This document shows positions 24,501 through 34,357 of a stretch of DNA of 64,000 nucleotides, one piece after another. The position numbers were made by a program, and so were the translations under genes. Source of the DNA: TPA_inf: Saccharomyces (Eukaryota); assembly GCA_000146045.2 (NCBI GenBank), contig BK006938.2, positions 896,001 through 960,000 of the forward strand. Direction: 5' to 3'. Under the pieces are notes generated by a model that ran no database searches, was not told where the DNA came from, and saw only the letters and a program-made list of their open reading frames with translations. Within the stretch, counting starts at the first letter, position 1. The number at the start of each line of letters is the position of its first letter.

Positions 24501-25647
24501 ATGGCTTGCAAATTTGAAACTTATTTCCGTTTCGTTGGTTGATGAGTTCCCTTCGGAGCTTTCCGACAGTGATAGACAAATAATTAACGAAAAAATGCAG
24601 TTACTTAAAGATATATTTGCTAACAACCTTAAATCAGCAATTTCCAATAATTTTAGAGAGAGTGACATCATTATACTGAAAGGTGAAATAGAAGATTACC
24701 CAATGAGTTCTGAAATTAAGATTTACTACAACGAATTACAGAACAAGCCTGATGCAAAAAAAGCCAGATTTTGGTCATTTATGAAGACTCAGAGATTTGT
24801 TTCCAACATGGGATTTGATATTCAGAAGTCCTGTGAACCTGTTTCTATATCCACGTCGGTCAAACCACATGTGGTCGAGCCCGAGCATATGGCAGATGCC
24901 AAAATTATGCCTAAGGATATACTGCAAATTACAAAAAAACCGTTAATGGTTAAAAATGTGAAGCCTTCTTCTCCGCCAGATGTGAAGTCTTTGGTGCAGC
25001 TGAGCACAATGGAAACGAAAACCCTACCAGAAAAGAAGCAATTCGACAGTATTTTTAATTCTAACAAAGCAAAAATAATCCCTGGAAATGGGAAGCACGC
25101 ATCAGAAAACATCTCACTCTCTTTCTCAAGACCTGCGTCCTACGGCTATTTTTCTGTTGGAAAAAGGGTTCCAATCGTTGAAGATCGTCGAGTGAAACAA
25201 CTCGACGATATAACAGACAGTAATACAACAGAAATTTTAACTAGTGTTGACGTTTTAGGAACACATTCACAAACTGGTACTCAACAATCAAATATGTACA
25301 CATCAACCCAAAAAACAGAACTTGAAATTGATAATAAGGATAGTGTCACCGAATGTTCGAAGGACATGAAAGAAGATGGTCTTTCCTTTGTGGATATCGT
25401 TTTGTCGAAAGCAGCATCGGCGCTGGATGAAAAGGAAAAACAATTGGCTGTTGCAAATGAAATTATTCGGTCTTTGTCAGATGAAGTTATGAGGAATGAA
25501 ATTAGAATAACTTCACTTCAAGGTGATTTAACTTTTACAAAGAAATGTCTTGAAAATGCGAGAAGTCAAATATCTGAAAAAGATGCTAAAATTAACAAAT
25601 TGATGGAAAAAGATTTTCAAGTGAATAAGGAGATAAAACCGTATTGA
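21571..25647 (+). CDS. SIR4: SIR4 silent information regulator, 1358 aa
   Basis: The ATG at 21571 gives MPNDNKTPNRSSTPKF.... A long Ser/Thr/Lys-rich low-complexity body and a C-terminal coiled coil (ELLVANEIIRSLSDEVMRNEIRITSLQGDL...). The track start at 21505 is a non-ATG extension. Confidence 0.88.
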   Translation: MPNDNKTPNRSSTPKFTKKPVTPNDKIPEREEKSNEVKTPKIPLFTFAKSKNYSRPSTAIHTSPHQPSDVKPTSHKQLQQPKSSPLKKNNYNSFPHSNLEKISNSKLLSLLRSKTSAGRIESNNPSHDASRSLASFEQTAFSRHAQQQTSTFNSKPVRTIVPISTSQTNNSFLSGVKSLLSEEKIRDYSKEILGINLANEQPVLEKPLKKGSADIGASVISLTKDKSIRKDTVEEKKEEKLNIGKNFAHSDSLSVPKVSAGDSGISPEESKARSPGIAKPNAIQTEVYGINEESTNERLEINQEKPVKLDENSANSTVASALDTNGTSATTETLTSKKIVPSPKKVAIDQDKITLHDEKTLAPSKHQPITSEQKMKEDADLKRMEILKSPHLSKSPADRPQGRRNSRNFSTRDEETTKLAFLVEYEGQENNYNSTSRSTEKKNDMNTSAKNKNGENKKIGKRPPEIMSTEAHVNKVTEETTKQIQSVRIDGRKVLQKVQGESHIDSRNNTLNVTPSKRPQLGEIPNPMKKHKPNEGRTPNISNGTINIQKKLEPKEIVRDILHTKESSNEAKKTIQNPLNKSQNTALPSTHKVTQKKDIKIGTNDLFQVESAPKISSEIDRENVKSKDEPVSKAVESKSLLNLFSNVLKAPFIKSESKPFSSDALSKEKANFLETIASTEKPENKTDKVSLSQPVSASKHEYSDNFPVSLSQPSKKSFANHTEDEQIEKKKICRGRMNTIITHPGKMELVYVSDSDDSSSDNDSLTDLESLSSGESNEIKVTNDLDTSAEKDQIQAGKWFDPVLDWRKSDRELTKNILWRIADKTTYDKETITDLIEQGIPKHSYLSGNPLTSVTNDICSVENYETSSAFFYQQVHKKDRLQYLPLYAVSTFENTNNTEKNDVTNKNINIGKHSQEQNSSSAKPSQIPTVSSPLGFEETKLSTTPTKSNRRVSHSDTNSSKPKNTKENLSKSSWRQEWLANLKLISVSLVDEFPSELSDSDRQIINEKMQLLKDIFANNLKSAISNNFRESDIIILKGEIEDYPMSSEIKIYYNELQNKPDAKKARFWSFMKTQRFVSNMGFDIQKSCEPVSISTSVKPHVVEPEHMADAKIMPKDILQITKKPLMVKNVKPSSPPDVKSLVQLSTMETKTLPEKKQFDSIFNSNKAKIIPGNGKHASENISLSFSRPASYGYFSVGKRVPIVEDRRVKQLDDITDSNTTEILTSVDVLGTHSQTGTQQSNMYTSTQKTELEIDNKDSVTECSKDMKEDGLSFVDIVLSKAASALDEKEKQLAVANEIIRSLSDEVMRNEIRITSLQGDLTFTKKCLENARSQISEKDAKINKLMEKDFQVNKEIKPY

Positions 25648-25813
25648 CTTTTTATCATTCTACAAAAGACCAGTAACGAAGTGTACCCTGTTTTTCTTTG
25701 TCGTTTTCTTCTATAATGAACAATTTACTTTACGGTCTTTAATCGATTTTAATGATTAGTTGGGCTTTTGGCTACATATGTAAAATTACATATAATATAA
25801 TGGACACATAAGC

Positions 25814-25833
25814 AAAAAAAAAAAAAAAAAAAA
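25814..25833. repeat. Poly(dA) tract of 20 A between the convergent 3' ends of SIR4 and PCF11
   Basis: An A20 homopolymer. Confidence 0.9.
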
Positions 25834-25925
25834 TAAACAAATGAGCAACCCATCAAATACCAAGAACAAAGAATTTAATATAATATATAGTTATTAAATT
25901 TAAATGTATATATGCAGTTCTGCTC

Positions 25926-27806
25926 TTATTTTGTGACCAATTTCTTTAAGTCATCCAAACCGACCTTGCCACTATTAGATTTGCTTGAATTTTGCGACGT
26001 TTCATGATAACATGTCGAGTGGAAATATTTGCCATTCACTTCAATAGTATTTTTCCAAACCCATTCACCAGATTCTTCATCATAAACGCCAGTAACGGTT
26101 TCCTTACAAATTGGACATTTGAAGGCCATATCTTGTGAAGTTTCTGGTACAACAACATATTTTCCCCGTATTTCCAACTCGTTACTTCTATCACTTCCTA
26201 AAGTGTTGTCTACAGAGCCTTCGTCATTTTCATCAGCGTGAATATTTAGGGCACTTTTATCGATATTTTTATTGGCATGCGGATCAGTATAATCATTTTT
26301 ATGCTTTGTGGAGGTAATTTCATCATCTTTGAAGGCTGCCCATTGAGAGTCACTCAAATACCAGTTTCTTGATTGAATATTTTTCCTTGTGGTAGTTGTA
26401 TTTAAGTTAGAGTTGCTTATGCCTGTATTTGCTGTGTTTTGTGATCCCTTAATTCTTGTATTTATTCTGAAATGCCAGTCCAAATGCTCATTTTGTAGTA
26501 GTTTTTCACTTTCTGAGTTGCCAAATCTCTTACCACACACGCTACATTTATTTGGCTTGGATCGGTATAATAAGTGAATAAGATTATTTTGGACGATGGG
26601 ATTTTCTTGAAGAAGAGTTTGTTCGGACAGCTGCAGGGATGGGTTATTCAAAACGTCGATGTTAACCGTGGCAAAATAAGCTTTGCAGTCAGAAAGAATA
26701 TCATTTAATAAGGGTATCTTTGGCAGGTTCTTCATCAATTGTTTTTCGTGTGAATCAAGAGAGTAGTTTGAGTGTCCATTTAGCTTTTTATAAAGCGTTA
26801 CGATGGATTCTTTTGGTGGAGTATATATGAGCCCTTCAGCCTTAAGAGATGCATAGAGGTTATTGATTTTGTTTAGGGACTTTTTTTTCTCAATTTCTTG
26901 AAAAGATTCAACGCCAGAAATATTACCAAAAAGAGAGGAAGATAAAGAATTCTGTTGGTTCGTTGTATCTGAATTATTTCCAAACAATGGAATCGCTGAA
27001 TTAGAGTTTTGTGTGTAAGAACCGACCATATCCTTAGTTTCGTGATACTGCTGCTGCTGCTGCTGTTGTTGTTGTTGCTGTTGCTGCTGTTGTTGCTGTT
27101 GCTGCTGAAGTTCGTGATACCTCATTCTTTCCTGCAAAACTTGTTGGTCCTGTGAGAAGACCTGCCTTAGTTGCATTTGAACTTGTTTCAGAGCATTGAG
27201 AGTTAGTTTTTCTCTTTTCAGTTCTTGTTTCAACTGAGATAAAACCAACAGTTTCATTTTTAATTTTTCATCATTTGGTTGATTCTTTAGCCTTTCACTA
27301 GTTAAACAAGTTAATTTATCAATGTCTCTTAATAGGAGGGGAACAGTCGGAGTTGGTAACATTGCTTGCAGGTTTTTCTGGTGGAGAGCACTGGCCTTTA
27401 TTAAAAACTGTTCAATTTTCTCCAGTGCTGAGCCTTCAAACAGAGGCAGGCCGGTGTCATTAGGATTCAACCAAAGCTTAAACATATTGATGAGTTTTGT
27501 TCTTGTGGTGTTGTCCACCAATAAGTATGTTCTTTTGTACAAGTTAAACAAATTTCTACTGAAGTAGATTGTGTATGGGCTGCCAACATTCTTACAAATG
27601 GAGTCCAAGGCATAAAAAGCGTATAGCTTCTGCTTAGGCATACATTTTTCAATTCTACTCTCAATGGCGTCAACAAAATATTGAGCACACGAAATGTTTT
27701 CTTCTGCTAACTTCGTGAGAGTGGTAATAATGGGTCTCGAGTTAAAAGTTAATTCTTCAAGAATACTGTTGAAATCCTTGACTATAACTTCTGTGTCGTG
27801 ATCCAT
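25926..27806 (-). CDS. PCF11: PCF11 mRNA cleavage/polyadenylation factor (CF IA), 626 aa
   Basis: N-terminal CID-like domain, a Q20+ tract, and C-terminal zinc-binding Cys/His clusters (CSVCGKRF..., CPICKE...). ATG checked at 27804-27806. Confidence 0.88.
   Translation of the reverse strand: MDHDTEVIVKDFNSILEELTFNSRPIITTLTKLAEENISCAQYFVDAIESRIEKCMPKQKLYAFYALDSICKNVGSPYTIYFSRNLFNLYKRTYLLVDNTTRTKLINMFKLWLNPNDTGLPLFEGSALEKIEQFLIKASALHQKNLQAMLPTPTVPLLLRDIDKLTCLTSERLKNQPNDEKLKMKLLVLSQLKQELKREKLTLNALKQVQMQLRQVFSQDQQVLQERMRYHELQQQQQQQQQQQQQQQQQQQQYHETKDMVGSYTQNSNSAIPLFGNNSDTTNQQNSLSSSLFGNISGVESFQEIEKKKSLNKINNLYASLKAEGLIYTPPKESIVTLYKKLNGHSNYSLDSHEKQLMKNLPKIPLLNDILSDCKAYFATVNIDVLNNPSLQLSEQTLLQENPIVQNNLIHLLYRSKPNKCSVCGKRFGNSESEKLLQNEHLDWHFRINTRIKGSQNTANTGISNSNLNTTTTRKNIQSRNWYLSDSQWAAFKDDEITSTKHKNDYTDPHANKNIDKSALNIHADENDEGSVDNTLGSDRSNELEIRGKYVVVPETSQDMAFKCPICKETVTGVYDEESGEWVWKNTIEVNGKYFHSTCYHETSQNSSKSNSGKVGLDDLKKLVTK
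27048..27107 (-). repeat. Imperfect (CAG/CAA)20 microsatellite encoding the PCF11 polyglutamine tract
   Basis: The plus strand shows ctgctgctgctgctgttgttgttgttgctgttgctgctgttgttgctgttgctgctg. The translation is Q22. Confidence 0.9.
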
Positions 27807-28784
27807 AATGAAAAGAGAGTATTACAAATAGACCTAGTGTTTTCAAGTACAGTTTTCTTAACTGCTCCGAAAATTGTCCTGGTAATTCTTTGCAATGCAA
27901 AATTGAAAGAGAGACTTTTAAACTACTAAACCCTTAACAGTAGAACAACATTGTCTCATTAATTTTTGAAATTTCGCTTTCTTCCCATGCCTTAGGCCAA
28001 GTTCTCATCCAATGCGTCGAGTCCTTAAAAAAAATTCGCCCGGGTAAACTAAAACTTAGATGCACTAGGTAATACCATTTGGTGATAAAGGGAATAAAAA
28101 GCAGCAAATCCTAGCTCAATTACGAAACTCTGATCACTTGGGGCCCAGCTTCATTGGCTAAATTGGTGTATCCCTTGAACCGACTACGTAAGTACGTTTT
28201 GAAAAGTGTGTAAATCTATGTATAAAAGTACATCAAAAATTAGACTGAGAAAGTTCTGTATAGCTGTACTAATACATTAGGAATAGGCTAGACTTCTTCG
28301 CCGCTGGAATAAAACAGCTGGGCCTTCTCTTCATTGGTACCACTTGCTTTGCTCTATTGAAAGTACAAAGAATAGAGCAGACGAGTGTAAACATCCTATC
28401 TGCGTTCCAACAGAAGTGCGTATTGAAGTCATCTCATGCTAATGGCCATCTCATGTAGAATAGTAAGGAAAAACGTATCTAATTTATAAAAACTTGAGTT
28501 AGATCTCAAACTTCGGTAGATTGCGCCTTATTTAACGGATGATATACACTTATTCTACTGCTCACATTACTCGTTTTACAGGAAAAAATGGTCAATGCGG
28601 GCAAAAGAAAAAAATATTGGGCGATATGTTACAAGAAAAGGGTGAGATGGAAATTTATGCTAAACATTAAGTGGAAAAAAACCATATCCATACAATAGAA
28701 GTATATATTCTGAATAAAGGGTCAATTAAATTTCACCAAGGAATAAAATATTGTTAAAGAAAGTAACAGGAAGAGAAATCGGAT

Positions 28785-30146
28785 ATGCCTGACAATAATA
28801 CGGAGCAATTGCAGGGATCTCCTTCAAGTGACCAGAGACTGAGGGTTGACTGGGACAACGGTAACCATTTTGACGTCTCTCCCGACAGATACGCGCCTCA
28901 TCTATCTGAATTTTACCCAATTGTAAATAGTAAAAGACCAGTGGCTAGCAGTGCTGGCTCAGAAAATAACGACCATCTGGACGACATGAACCATTTACGT
29001 TCATCCAAAGTGTATTCAAAGGCCCGTCGGGCATCGAGCATAACTTCTGGTACGAGCACAATAAACGACTTGCAAACGCTAATCACAAAGAGAGATGTGA
29101 AAGAGACCCAGGAAGCCCTATCGACATTACTCAGGAACTCGAATGCTTATTCGGATTCGTTATTAAAGACATCTCAGAATGGGGCAGAAATTGCCCATTC
29201 CTTAGAAAACATTGCCAAGTTGAAGGGTTGCAATGATGAAACGGCGGAGAAACTATTGAGTGCCAGTGGGTTATTCTACCTTTTATCTAATCATCAGCTT
29301 ATAATGTCAAAGTATTTCAATGACTTGTTGGGAGATAATTTAATTGATGATATTGATGAATTCGAATTACAGACCAAGATAATGGAGAACAAGTTCAAAG
29401 CACAAAGCAAAGAGCAAAGTTTAAAATTGAAATTGCAGGAAAGACATAACTTCGATATCTCGAAAAGAAAAATAAGGAATTTAATCTCATACCGAGAGAG
29501 CCTTTCTAGCTTGCAAGCAAGGTTAGATCAACTGGAGACACTAAAGCACGATTTTTACATGGATTCATACGAACTTGTGGAAAATACATGCAACAAAGTA
29601 CTCAGCAAAGTTGCCACGGTATCTAGGGCACAAGTGGAAATTTCTGAAAATATTGCAAGGAAAGGTTGGTCTGGAGGCGGGCTAGACGAACTACTTTGTG
29701 ATGCAGACGACCCCTTCAGCAAAAAAGCAGATGGGCCATACGGGACCATCGGTGGTGATGGAGAGACTGCTGGAGAAGCATACAACAGCGATGAGGAAAC
29801 GGGTGGGAATGACGTGGTGCTCAATGAACTACTAGAAGGAACCAGCCAACCTTCCACATCAAAAACATCTTTACCCAAATCCAAGGGGTCCTCAACGGTA
29901 TCCACACCGAATCATTCACAGTCAAGTTCAAACAAGGACGGGGTACGAAACAATGGCGGCGGCAAAAATGGCGAAGATGAGGATACAGACAATTTGATGG
30001 GAACAGAAAATTCATTTTCTTTACCGCCTACGAGAAACTCTGCCGAGGAAACCACACAAACGTTTAAACAATTGTCCATTAAAGAAGATAATGACAATCA
30101 CAGCAGCGATACGGACGGCATGCAAGACCAGTCAAGTAATATATAA
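28785..30146 (+). CDS. IVY1: IVY1 vacuolar phospholipid-binding (I-BAR-like) protein, 453 aa
   Basis: ATG at 28785. Length and position between PCF11 and COX20 match. Confidence 0.8.
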   Translation: MPDNNTEQLQGSPSSDQRLRVDWDNGNHFDVSPDRYAPHLSEFYPIVNSKRPVASSAGSENNDHLDDMNHLRSSKVYSKARRASSITSGTSTINDLQTLITKRDVKETQEALSTLLRNSNAYSDSLLKTSQNGAEIAHSLENIAKLKGCNDETAEKLLSASGLFYLLSNHQLIMSKYFNDLLGDNLIDDIDEFELQTKIMENKFKAQSKEQSLKLKLQERHNFDISKRKIRNLISYRESLSSLQARLDQLETLKHDFYMDSYELVENTCNKVLSKVATVSRAQVEISENIARKGWSGGGLDELLCDADDPFSKKADGPYGTIGGDGETAGEAYNSDEETGGNDVVLNELLEGTSQPSTSKTSLPKSKGSSTVSTPNHSQSSSNKDGVRNNGGGKNGEDEDTDNLMGTENSFSLPPTRNSAEETTQTFKQLSIKEDNDNHSSDTDGMQDQSSNI

Positions 30147-30222
30147 AATTTGTAACTCTATGTATGCTTTTTATATAGAAATGGAGAAAGTGAACAATTG
30201 AAGTTATAGTATTTTCGGAGAA

Positions 30223-30570
30223 ATGTTGCATATATACATAGGAAAACGGTTAAAAGGCCCTGCTTCTACCTTCTGTTTCCCCCTCGTTCTTTTCACCAGA
30301 ACTTGTACCATTTCTTCTCAGAGGAGGCCTGAGATAAATTCTGGTTACTTTGTTCAAACTGACTCTGCTTTTCATTTTTGGCGGCCTCCCATTGCCCCGG
30401 CAGAGATGGGTCATGAGGGACATTATGGAGCATTGGTTTTTCCTTTTTCGCCACGGTTTCCTTTGCCAATTGTGCGATCTGGAAACTTTTTTGTCTCTTT
30501 AGCCTACATTGCTCCCATCCGACAATCGAGCCCAGTATCAGAGAGCTCATCGCCCAATTCGTGGCCTTAG
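30223..30570 (+). CDS. Dubious ORF (probably YDR230W) overlapping COX20 on the opposite strand
   Basis: A 115-aa ORF entirely antisense to the COX20 5' region and promoter. Confidence 0.12.
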   Translation: MLHIYIGKRLKGPASTFCFPLVLFTRTCTISSQRRPEINSGYFVQTDSAFHFWRPPIAPAEMGHEGHYGALVFPFSPRFPLPIVRSGNFFVSLAYIAPIRQSSPVSESSSPNSWP

Positions 30571-30910
30571 TCGGGCTCTTATGGTATATAAATATAATAG
30601 ATCCCATCAAGAACATGCTGGAAAACCCGAGCATGCCCGCGTCTCTGAAGCACGGGATTGAAGTCAGCTTCTGCAAACTAAAATCACTCCATCTGATCGA
30701 GTCCCAAGCCTCTTTCAAAGTAGCCCGTTCTTGCTTCTTGGCCAACTGAGAATTGGACAAGTCATCGGCAAACTTGGGTGGAGTGTCTTCTAAGAGGATC
30801 TTTTGACCCCGCGAGTAATTTGTCAGCACGCGATCACCATCTGCTTTACCCTGCGGTTGTTGCTGCTGCTTTTGATCTTCTGTCTGATTTGACCACGGCC
30901 ACCAACGCAT
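30293..30910 (-). CDS. COX20: COX20 cytochrome c oxidase assembly chaperone for Cox2, 205 aa
   Basis: Length and position match. Hydrophobic helices sit in the middle (FRDAGMLGFSSMFLMGSIIFIY...AMSSLILGSIVGW). ATG at 30908-30910. Confidence 0.82.
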   Translation of the reverse strand: MRWWPWSNQTEDQKQQQQPQGKADGDRVLTNYSRGQKILLEDTPPKFADDLSNSQLAKKQERATLKEAWDSIRWSDFSLQKLTSIPCFRDAGMLGFSSMFLMGSIIFIYHKSPTKATNWAMSSLILGSIVGWEQCRLKRQKSFQIAQLAKETVAKKEKPMLHNVPHDPSLPGQWEAAKNEKQSQFEQSNQNLSQASSEKKWYKFW

Positions 30911-31451
30911 CTTTATATTAACTGTTGAGCTGCTCGTTACGCACTGCTGTGGACTTCACTACAATGCTTTACCGAGCAGTGGAGTTTGATATAGTGGTGG
31001 TACCCCCGACGGTGCTATAATAAGCTTGCCTGCACGGCTTACCCTACCGCTCGGAAAGGCCGCCTTCGTCGCTCATTGGTCTGCGGCCGCGGGCGCTTTT
31101 TGGTCATTGTTCATATATGAAGAAAGAGCAGGAACGGAAATTTTTCATCTTGCCTTGCCCATTGTTCTGATCCATGCGTTGTTAGAAATACAACGTTTGC
31201 ATCATACCAAACTTCTCCATTCCGTCAGCTGATACTCTATTCGGTTGTGTGTTGCACCCTGCTCTGCTGTCTCTCAACCGTTCTTCCTTTACACGCCTTC
31301 CCTTCTCAGCTCGCGTTTCTTTTTTTTTTATCCCACTCTTTTCTTTTTTCTTTCCTATATATTGCCCATATAAGTTTGGTTGGAAGGAAAACTAATAGAG
31401 CTAGTTGTTGTCCCTCAATAATCATAACAGTACTTAGGTTTTTTTTTCAGT

Positions 31452-33098
31452 ATGCAACGCTCCATTTTTGCGAGGTTCGGTAACTCCTCTGCCGCTGTTT
31501 CCACACTGAATAGGCTGTCCACGACAGCCGCACCACATGCGAAAAATGGCTATGCCACCGCTACTGGTGCTGGTGCCGCTGCTGCCACTGCCACAGCGTC
31601 ATCAACACATGCAGCAGCAGCAGCAGCCGCTGCTGCCAACCATTCCACCCAGGAGTCGGGTTTCGATTACGAAGGCCTGATAGATTCCGAACTGCAGAAG
31701 AAAAGACTTGACAAATCGTACAGATATTTCAACAATATCAACCGATTGGCCAAGGAGTTCCCCCTAGCTCATCGCCAGAGAGAGGCGGACAAGGTCACCG
31801 TTTGGTGTTCCAACGACTATTTAGCACTTTCCAAGCACCCTGAGGTATTGGACGCCATGCATAAAACTATCGACAAGTATGGTTGTGGTGCCGGTGGTAC
31901 AAGAAACATTGCTGGCCATAACATCCCCACTTTGAATCTGGAAGCCGAATTGGCCACTTTACACAAGAAGGAAGGTGCCTTAGTTTTTTCGTCATGTTAC
32001 GTAGCCAACGATGCCGTCTTATCCCTACTGGGTCAAAAGATGAAGGACTTGGTGATTTTCTCCGACGAACTCAACCATGCGTCCATGATTGTCGGTATTA
32101 AGCATGCTAACGTAAAAAAACACATTTTCAAACATAATGACTTGAACGAATTGGAACAACTGCTCCAGTCATACCCCAAATCCGTTCCTAAACTAATTGC
32201 TTTCGAATCAGTATATTCTATGGCCGGTTCAGTGGCCGACATAGAAAAAATTTGCGACTTGGCCGACAAATACGGTGCTTTGACCTTCTTGGATGAAGTA
32301 CATGCGGTCGGCCTGTACGGCCCTCACGGTGCAGGTGTTGCAGAACATTGTGATTTTGAAAGTCACCGTGCAAGTGGTATTGCTACCCCAAAGACCAATG
32401 ACAAGGGCGGCGCGAAGACTGTGATGGACCGTGTCGACATGATCACCGGCACTTTAGGTAAGTCTTTCGGTAGCGTAGGTGGCTACGTCGCAGCCTCTAG
32501 GAAATTGATCGATTGGTTCAGATCGTTTGCACCTGGTTTCATTTTCACCACGACTTTACCACCTTCAGTTATGGCAGGCGCTACCGCAGCAATTAGATAC
32601 CAACGTTGCCACATCGACCTAAGAACCTCGCAACAGAAACATACCATGTACGTAAAGAAAGCTTTCCATGAGTTGGGCATTCCAGTTATTCCAAATCCTT
32701 CTCATATCGTCCCAGTGTTGATTGGTAATGCTGATTTGGCTAAGCAAGCTTCTGACATCTTAATCAATAAGCATCAAATCTACGTACAAGCTATCAACTT
32801 CCCTACGGTTGCTCGCGGTACCGAAAGATTGAGAATTACCCCAACGCCAGGTCACACCAACGATTTATCTGACATCTTAATCAATGCAGTTGATGATGTG
32901 TTCAATGAGCTACAGTTACCACGTGTCAGAGACTGGGAAAGCCAAGGTGGCTTATTGGGTGTTGGAGAGAGCGGATTTGTGGAAGAGTCTAACTTATGGA
33001 CATCAAGCCAACTATCTTTAACTAATGACGACTTGAACCCTAATGTTAGAGACCCCATCGTTAAACAACTAGAGGTTTCTAGTGGTATCAAGCAGTAA
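31452..33098 (+). CDS. HEM1: HEM1 5-aminolevulinate synthase, 548 aa
   Basis: PLP-dependent alpha-oxoamine synthase core (TLGKSFG... with the Schiff-base Lys region). An N-terminal mitochondrial presequence is followed by an Ala-rich stretch. Confidence 0.92.
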   Translation: MQRSIFARFGNSSAAVSTLNRLSTTAAPHAKNGYATATGAGAAAATATASSTHAAAAAAAAANHSTQESGFDYEGLIDSELQKKRLDKSYRYFNNINRLAKEFPLAHRQREADKVTVWCSNDYLALSKHPEVLDAMHKTIDKYGCGAGGTRNIAGHNIPTLNLEAELATLHKKEGALVFSSCYVANDAVLSLLGQKMKDLVIFSDELNHASMIVGIKHANVKKHIFKHNDLNELEQLLQSYPKSVPKLIAFESVYSMAGSVADIEKICDLADKYGALTFLDEVHAVGLYGPHGAGVAEHCDFESHRASGIATPKTNDKGGAKTVMDRVDMITGTLGKSFGSVGGYVAASRKLIDWFRSFAPGFIFTTTLPPSVMAGATAAIRYQRCHIDLRTSQQKHTMYVKKAFHELGIPVIPNPSHIVPVLIGNADLAKQASDILINKHQIYVQAINFPTVARGTERLRITPTPGHTNDLSDILINAVDDVFNELQLPRVRDWESQGGLLGVGESGFVEESNLWTSSQLSLTNDDLNPNVRDPIVKQLEVSSGIKQ

Positions 33099-33469
33099 AA
33101 CAACCAATATATGCATGGGCTGAGATAGAGGTACAAGGAATTTGTAAATCAGTAAAAAAAAAAATTAACAGTTTTTTTTTTTCATTTTTTTTTTTTATTC
33201 TTATTTATGTATGATACTTTATTATTATTTCTCTTAATTATTTATTTATTTAACTAACACGATGAGCACTTTTAACTGCAATGGTTAAACTGTAGCAATG
33301 TTGGTAAAAAAGCAGGGAAAGTTCAAAAATAATTTATGTATTTTTCCTCGGGGGTACAGAAAGTAAAGAGAGAGAAACGTATGAGTATATATAGGCTAAT
33401 GTAATATGTAGTGGTAAATAAAGAGACAAAAGTTAGCTATTCTTGTTTGAAATGAAAAAAAAAAAGCAC

Positions 33470-34357
33470 TCAAGCGTTGTTTTTTTCCAATTCATTTTGC
33501 AAGTTTTTTGTACTTTTCTTCAATTCATTAGACAATTCATCGACGTTAAATTCTTGGGTAGTGGAAGGTTCGTGTTGTGGAACTTCTGGCATAACTTGAG
33601 CTGAAGATGTGTAAGCCTTAGACTCTGGTTCCAATGGAACATCAGCGGCCAACTTAGAAGTGCTGGCGGTTTGAGGACCGGCAGTAGAAGACACAGGAGC
33701 AGTCTTAGATTTGACCAAGTTGGAAATTGGGCCCAATTTAGATTCAACCTTGTCCAAGTATGGTTTTGTCTTTTCGCAAGCCATTTGAGAAAACTCTTGG
33801 GTCTTTTGCTTAGAAATTTCTACACCTTGAGCGACAGTAGCATCAATTTCATGCTTGTAGGAATGGTAGATAACTGGCAAAGTGAAGGTAAAAATGTCAG
33901 CAACAAAGACGATGGTCCAGATAGAGAACCAGGAGAAGAATTTGTGTAGTAGAAATAAGGCAACAGCGGTCTTGAAAGTGTGCTTAGGGACTTGAGCGAA
34001 TACAGTCTTTCTTATGTGGGCTTGGAAGACTGGTAGCTGTTTCAAAGCTTCATCGATATGAGGCTTAATAAAGCCGGCGATATTTGGACATTCTTTAGGA
34101 CCATACTTGGTGATTAAACCTTGTCCCAAAAAGAGCTTGGATACGAATTCAATAGATCCTGTTGTGAATAAGATAGTGTAGGCAACCTTCAAAAAGAAAG
34201 TGATCAAGTTAACTTTTTTCAAAATTAACAAGGCTAACAGAGACCCACCGAAATATTTACCGGTTTGAACAGGGTTCCTCCATAATAGCAAATCGCAATT
34301 ACAGCTTTTTTGTTGTTGTTGTTGTTGGGCTTGGCTATGTTGAGCTGAGGCGGACAT
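33470..34357 (-). CDS. RTN1: RTN1 reticulon, 295 aa
   Basis: Reticulon homology domain with two long hydrophobic hairpins. An N-terminal Q-run is encoded by (CAA/CAG)n at 34300-34330. Confidence 0.85.
   Translation of the reverse strand: MSASAQHSQAQQQQQQKSCNCDLLLWRNPVQTGKYFGGSLLALLILKKVNLITFFLKVAYTILFTTGSIEFVSKLFLGQGLITKYGPKECPNIAGFIKPHIDEALKQLPVFQAHIRKTVFAQVPKHTFKTAVALFLLHKFFSWFSIWTIVFVADIFTFTLPVIYHSYKHEIDATVAQGVEISKQKTQEFSQMACEKTKPYLDKVESKLGPISNLVKSKTAPVSSTAGPQTASTSKLAADVPLEPESKAYTSSAQVMPEVPQHEPSTTQEFNVDELSNELKKSTKNLQNELEKNNA

Noticed and set aside
24183-24671. A 162-aa minus-strand ORF inside SIR4, and similar ones at 21534-23079
   Set aside because: Antisense to SIR4. Leu/Phe-rich nonsense composition.
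31083-31090. NotI octamers at 31083-31090 and at about 59546-59553, as possible engineered cloning sites
   Set aside because: Both are embedded in continuous native-looking sequence with no vector-like flanks. They are more simply explained as chance occurrences in GC-rich islands.
33671-33949. 92-aa and 75-aa ORFs antisense to or overlapping RTN1
   Set aside because: Antisense-frame artefacts within RTN1. The reticulon domain accounts for the sequence conservation.
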